Shown here: positions 30,384-32,000 of the stretch, one piece after another | Position numbering within the stretch: position 1 is the stretch's first letter | How the letters are laid out: every line of letters begins with the position of its first letter | Origin: Candidatus Saccharimonadota bacterium | GTDB lineage: Bacteria; Patescibacteriota; Gracilibacteria; BD1-5; UBA2023 | Assembly: GCA_963706795.1 (NCBI GenBank) | Contig: OY970170.1 | Coordinates: 1,110,001 to 1,142,000, forward strand | Reading direction: 5' to 3' | DNA length: 32,000 nucleotides | Position numbers and translations under genes: made by a program | Notes under the pieces: generated by a model | Seen by the model: only the letters and a program-made list of their open reading frames with translations | Database searches by the model: none | What the model was told of the DNA's origin: nothing

Positions 30384-30401
30384 TATACTGTGCACAGTAT
30401 A
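30384..30401. promoter_or_regulatory. 18-bp perfect palindrome TATACTGTGCACAGTATA in the divergent promoter region (candidate operator)
   Basis: Checked base by base. It lies in the 72-bp gap between ATG 30356(-) and ATG 30429(+), and overlaps a TTGCGC-16 nt-TATACT promoter-like pair for the plus-strand gene. Confidence 0.5.
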
Positions 30402-30428
30402 TATACGCCGTTCACTTTTCGAAATTCA

Positions 30429-31616
30429 ATGCAGAAAAATACTTTTACGTGTCCACACTGTGGCGGAGCGATTGATCTCGGTCAGATCGAAGAGCATCAA
30501 ATTGCGGAGCGGCTCAAGGAGCGCGAGGCACAACTCGAAAAAGATATCAGCCTCAGAGCTAAAAACTATTACGAAAAACAAGCGACCGATGAGCGTAAAA
30601 AAATGGAAGAAGATCAAAAAAAATCTGCCATTGAACTCGAAATGCTCAAAAAACGCGACGAAGAAGCTCGTAAACGCGAGCTCGATTTTATGCGCGAGAA
30701 AGCCCTTCTCGAAAGCAAACAAAAGGATCTCGAGCTCGAAAAAGAACGCGCCATCATCGAGGCTCGAAAGGTCATGGAAGCTGAAATGGCTGAGCGAATC
30801 AAAAAAGAACAGGCTCTTCAATTTGAGCGCATCGAGCTCGATTTTGCTAAAAAGCTCCAAGAAAAAGACAAACAAATCGAGCAGGTCCAGCGCTCTCTCG
30901 AGGAGGTTAATCGCAAGGCGAGCCAAGGTTCTATGCAGATCCAGGGTGATATCCAAGAAGATGCTCTGAGAGCAATTCTCATACGTGAATTTCCGTCAGA
31001 TATTGTTGATGACGTCCCAACAGGAATTAAATGAGCGGACCTTATCCAGAGTGTACGCACGCAGTTTGGTCACCATGTCGGAGTAATCGCATGGGAATCC
31101 AAAAATACCAAGGCATGGAGTGATAGTTGGGTCGACAAGCTCAAAGAAGATCGTCTCCGCGTCAATGCTGGAGTATCAGTGATTGTCTCAAGTGTATTAC
31201 CCGAATGAGTCAATCACTTTGGTCTCTACCGTGATATTTGGGTCACAGAATGGCACTATGTTCTTCCACTGACTATTGCACTTCGTGAACAGATGATCAG
31301 CATGGATCATTTGCGTAATTCTCTCGCTGGCAAAGACGAAAAAATGGAGGTTCTCTATGCGTATCTCACATCTACCGAGTTTCGCGACAAGATTCAAAAT
31401 ATTGTAGAGGCATTTACATCTATGAAGGACCAACTCGACCAAGAAAAGCGCGCCATGGAGCGCATCTGGGCCAATCGCGAAAAACAACTCGATCGCGTCA
31501 TCAGTAATACTGCACGTCTCTACGGTGACATGCAAGGCCTCATCGGAGCCAAACTCCAAGGTGTCGGGTACTTTGAGCTCGGAGCTTGAGAAGATATTTC
31601 AGAAGAAGAAAAGTAA
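30429..31616 (+). CDS. DUF2130 family protein (N-terminal CxxC, long coiled coil, C-terminal PD-(D/E)xK-like domain), 395 aa
   Basis: MQKNTFTCPHCGG, then about 170 aa of E/K/R-rich coiled coil, then QGDIQEDALRAILIREFPSDIVDDVPTGIK-G-ADLIQSV...GVIAWESKNTKAWSDSWVDKLKEDR...VIVSSVLPE-G-VNHF...LYAYLTSTEFRDKI. TGAs at 31032, 31206 and 31587. TAA 31614-31616. Confidence 0.75.
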
Positions 31617-31620
31617 CAAA

Positions 31621-31658
31621 CAAAAACTCACCAATCCTGGATTGGTGAGTTTTTGTTT
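31621..31658. terminator. bidirectional terminator between DUF2130 and mazF
   Basis: ACTCACCAAT-cctgg-ATTGGTGAGT flanked by AAAAA and TTTTGTTT. Confidence 0.8.
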
Positions 31659-31998
31659 ACGAGAGCGAGAAAGTAAGTTTTATTTTCTCTTCAATTTGTT
31701 TCTGAGTTTGTATGTCGTCTATATTTCCTATATATCCAGCTATTCTTGTCTCATCTATAACTCGAATTTGATGAAAAAGGATTTTAGACGCGGAATCAAG
31801 TCCGTAGTTTTTCCAGCTGCTTAAAATGAGACCCGTAGGTACATCAGTAAGGTTTGGAGTTAATGGAGCAACAATGTATAAACCAATATACTTACTAATA
31901 AAATCATTTTGGACTATAACACACGGACGAAGGCCTTGCTGTTCATGTCCCTTTACTGGGTCTAGATTCACCAGAATAATCTCAAAACGATTATGCAT
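31657..31998 (-). CDS. mazF: MazF/PemK-family type II toxin endoribonuclease, 113 aa
   Basis: FEIILVNLDPVKGHEQQGLRPCVIVQND...YIVAPLTPNL...HQIRVIDETRI matches the PemK pattern. Intact in the standard code. The expected upstream antitoxin would lie beyond position 32000. Confidence 0.85.
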   Translation of the reverse strand: MHNRFEIILVNLDPVKGHEQQGLRPCVIVQNDFISKYIGLYIVAPLTPNLTDVPTGLILSSWKNYGLDSASKILFHQIRVIDETRIAGYIGNIDDIQTQKQIEEKIKLTFSLS

Positions 31999-32000
31999 GC

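Noticed and set aside
30384-30401. Palindrome read as a canonical LexA SOS box
   Set aside because: CTGT and ACAG half-sites are present but separated by 2 nt rather than the 8 nt of the E. coli-type box. It also does not match the Gram-positive CGAAC-type box. It is kept only as a generic operator candidate.
1-32000. UGA=Trp (code 4) or selenocysteine as the explanation for in-frame TGA
   Set aside because: TGA columns fall at conserved Gly positions (GxGxxG, IGETGLDY, LPGVG and others), not at Trp or Cys/Sec positions. UGG is still used for Trp, and tRNA-Trp has anticodon CCA. About 70 occurrences is far too many for Sec.
1-32000. Looked for CRISPR arrays, rRNA genes, IS elements, transposases, integrases and long direct or inverted repeats marking mobile DNA
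   Set aside because: I saw none on reading the sequence. The only repeats found are short terminator hairpins, the 18-bp palindrome and the intragenic poly-Gly tract.

Overview
This window only makes sense if TGA is read as a sense codon for glycine (translation table 25, as used by Gracilibacteria/BD1-5 and Absconditabacteria/SR1 in the Candidate Phyla Radiation). The supplied standard-code ORF track cuts almost every gene into same-frame pieces separated only by TGA, never by TAA or TAG. Where a TGA falls inside a conserved family motif, the expected residue is Gly. After re-joining the pieces by hand I get about 35 tightly packed genes. Housekeeping genes: pheT, a RelA/SpoT homolog, tatD, a CsaA-like tRNA-binding protein, nth, a yaaA-like gene, recX, a YbcJ-like S4 protein, a sugar nucleotidyltransferase, an HI0933-type flavoprotein, a VOC/PhnB-like protein, tRNA-Trp(CCA), tsf, rpsB, gatB, map and ybeY. 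Envelope and accessory genes: a T4SS-pilin-like small membrane protein, a NicO-type metal transporter with a large extracytoplasmic N-terminal extension, a 1782-aa secreted DUF1800-DUF1501 fusion with a poly-Gly/Pro-rich C-terminal region, a DUF4012 protein with a His-rich N-terminus, a DUF2130 nuclease-like protein and a MazF/PemK toxin. There are also several ORFans, including a 470-aa plus 263-aa pair. I saw no rRNA, CRISPR array, transposase or integrase. Most intergenic gaps are short. Several gene pairs overlap as TAATG, and convergent gene pairs share clear rho-independent hairpins. All translations and coordinates were done by hand without tools. Family assignments rest on remembered motifs and need HMM confirmation.
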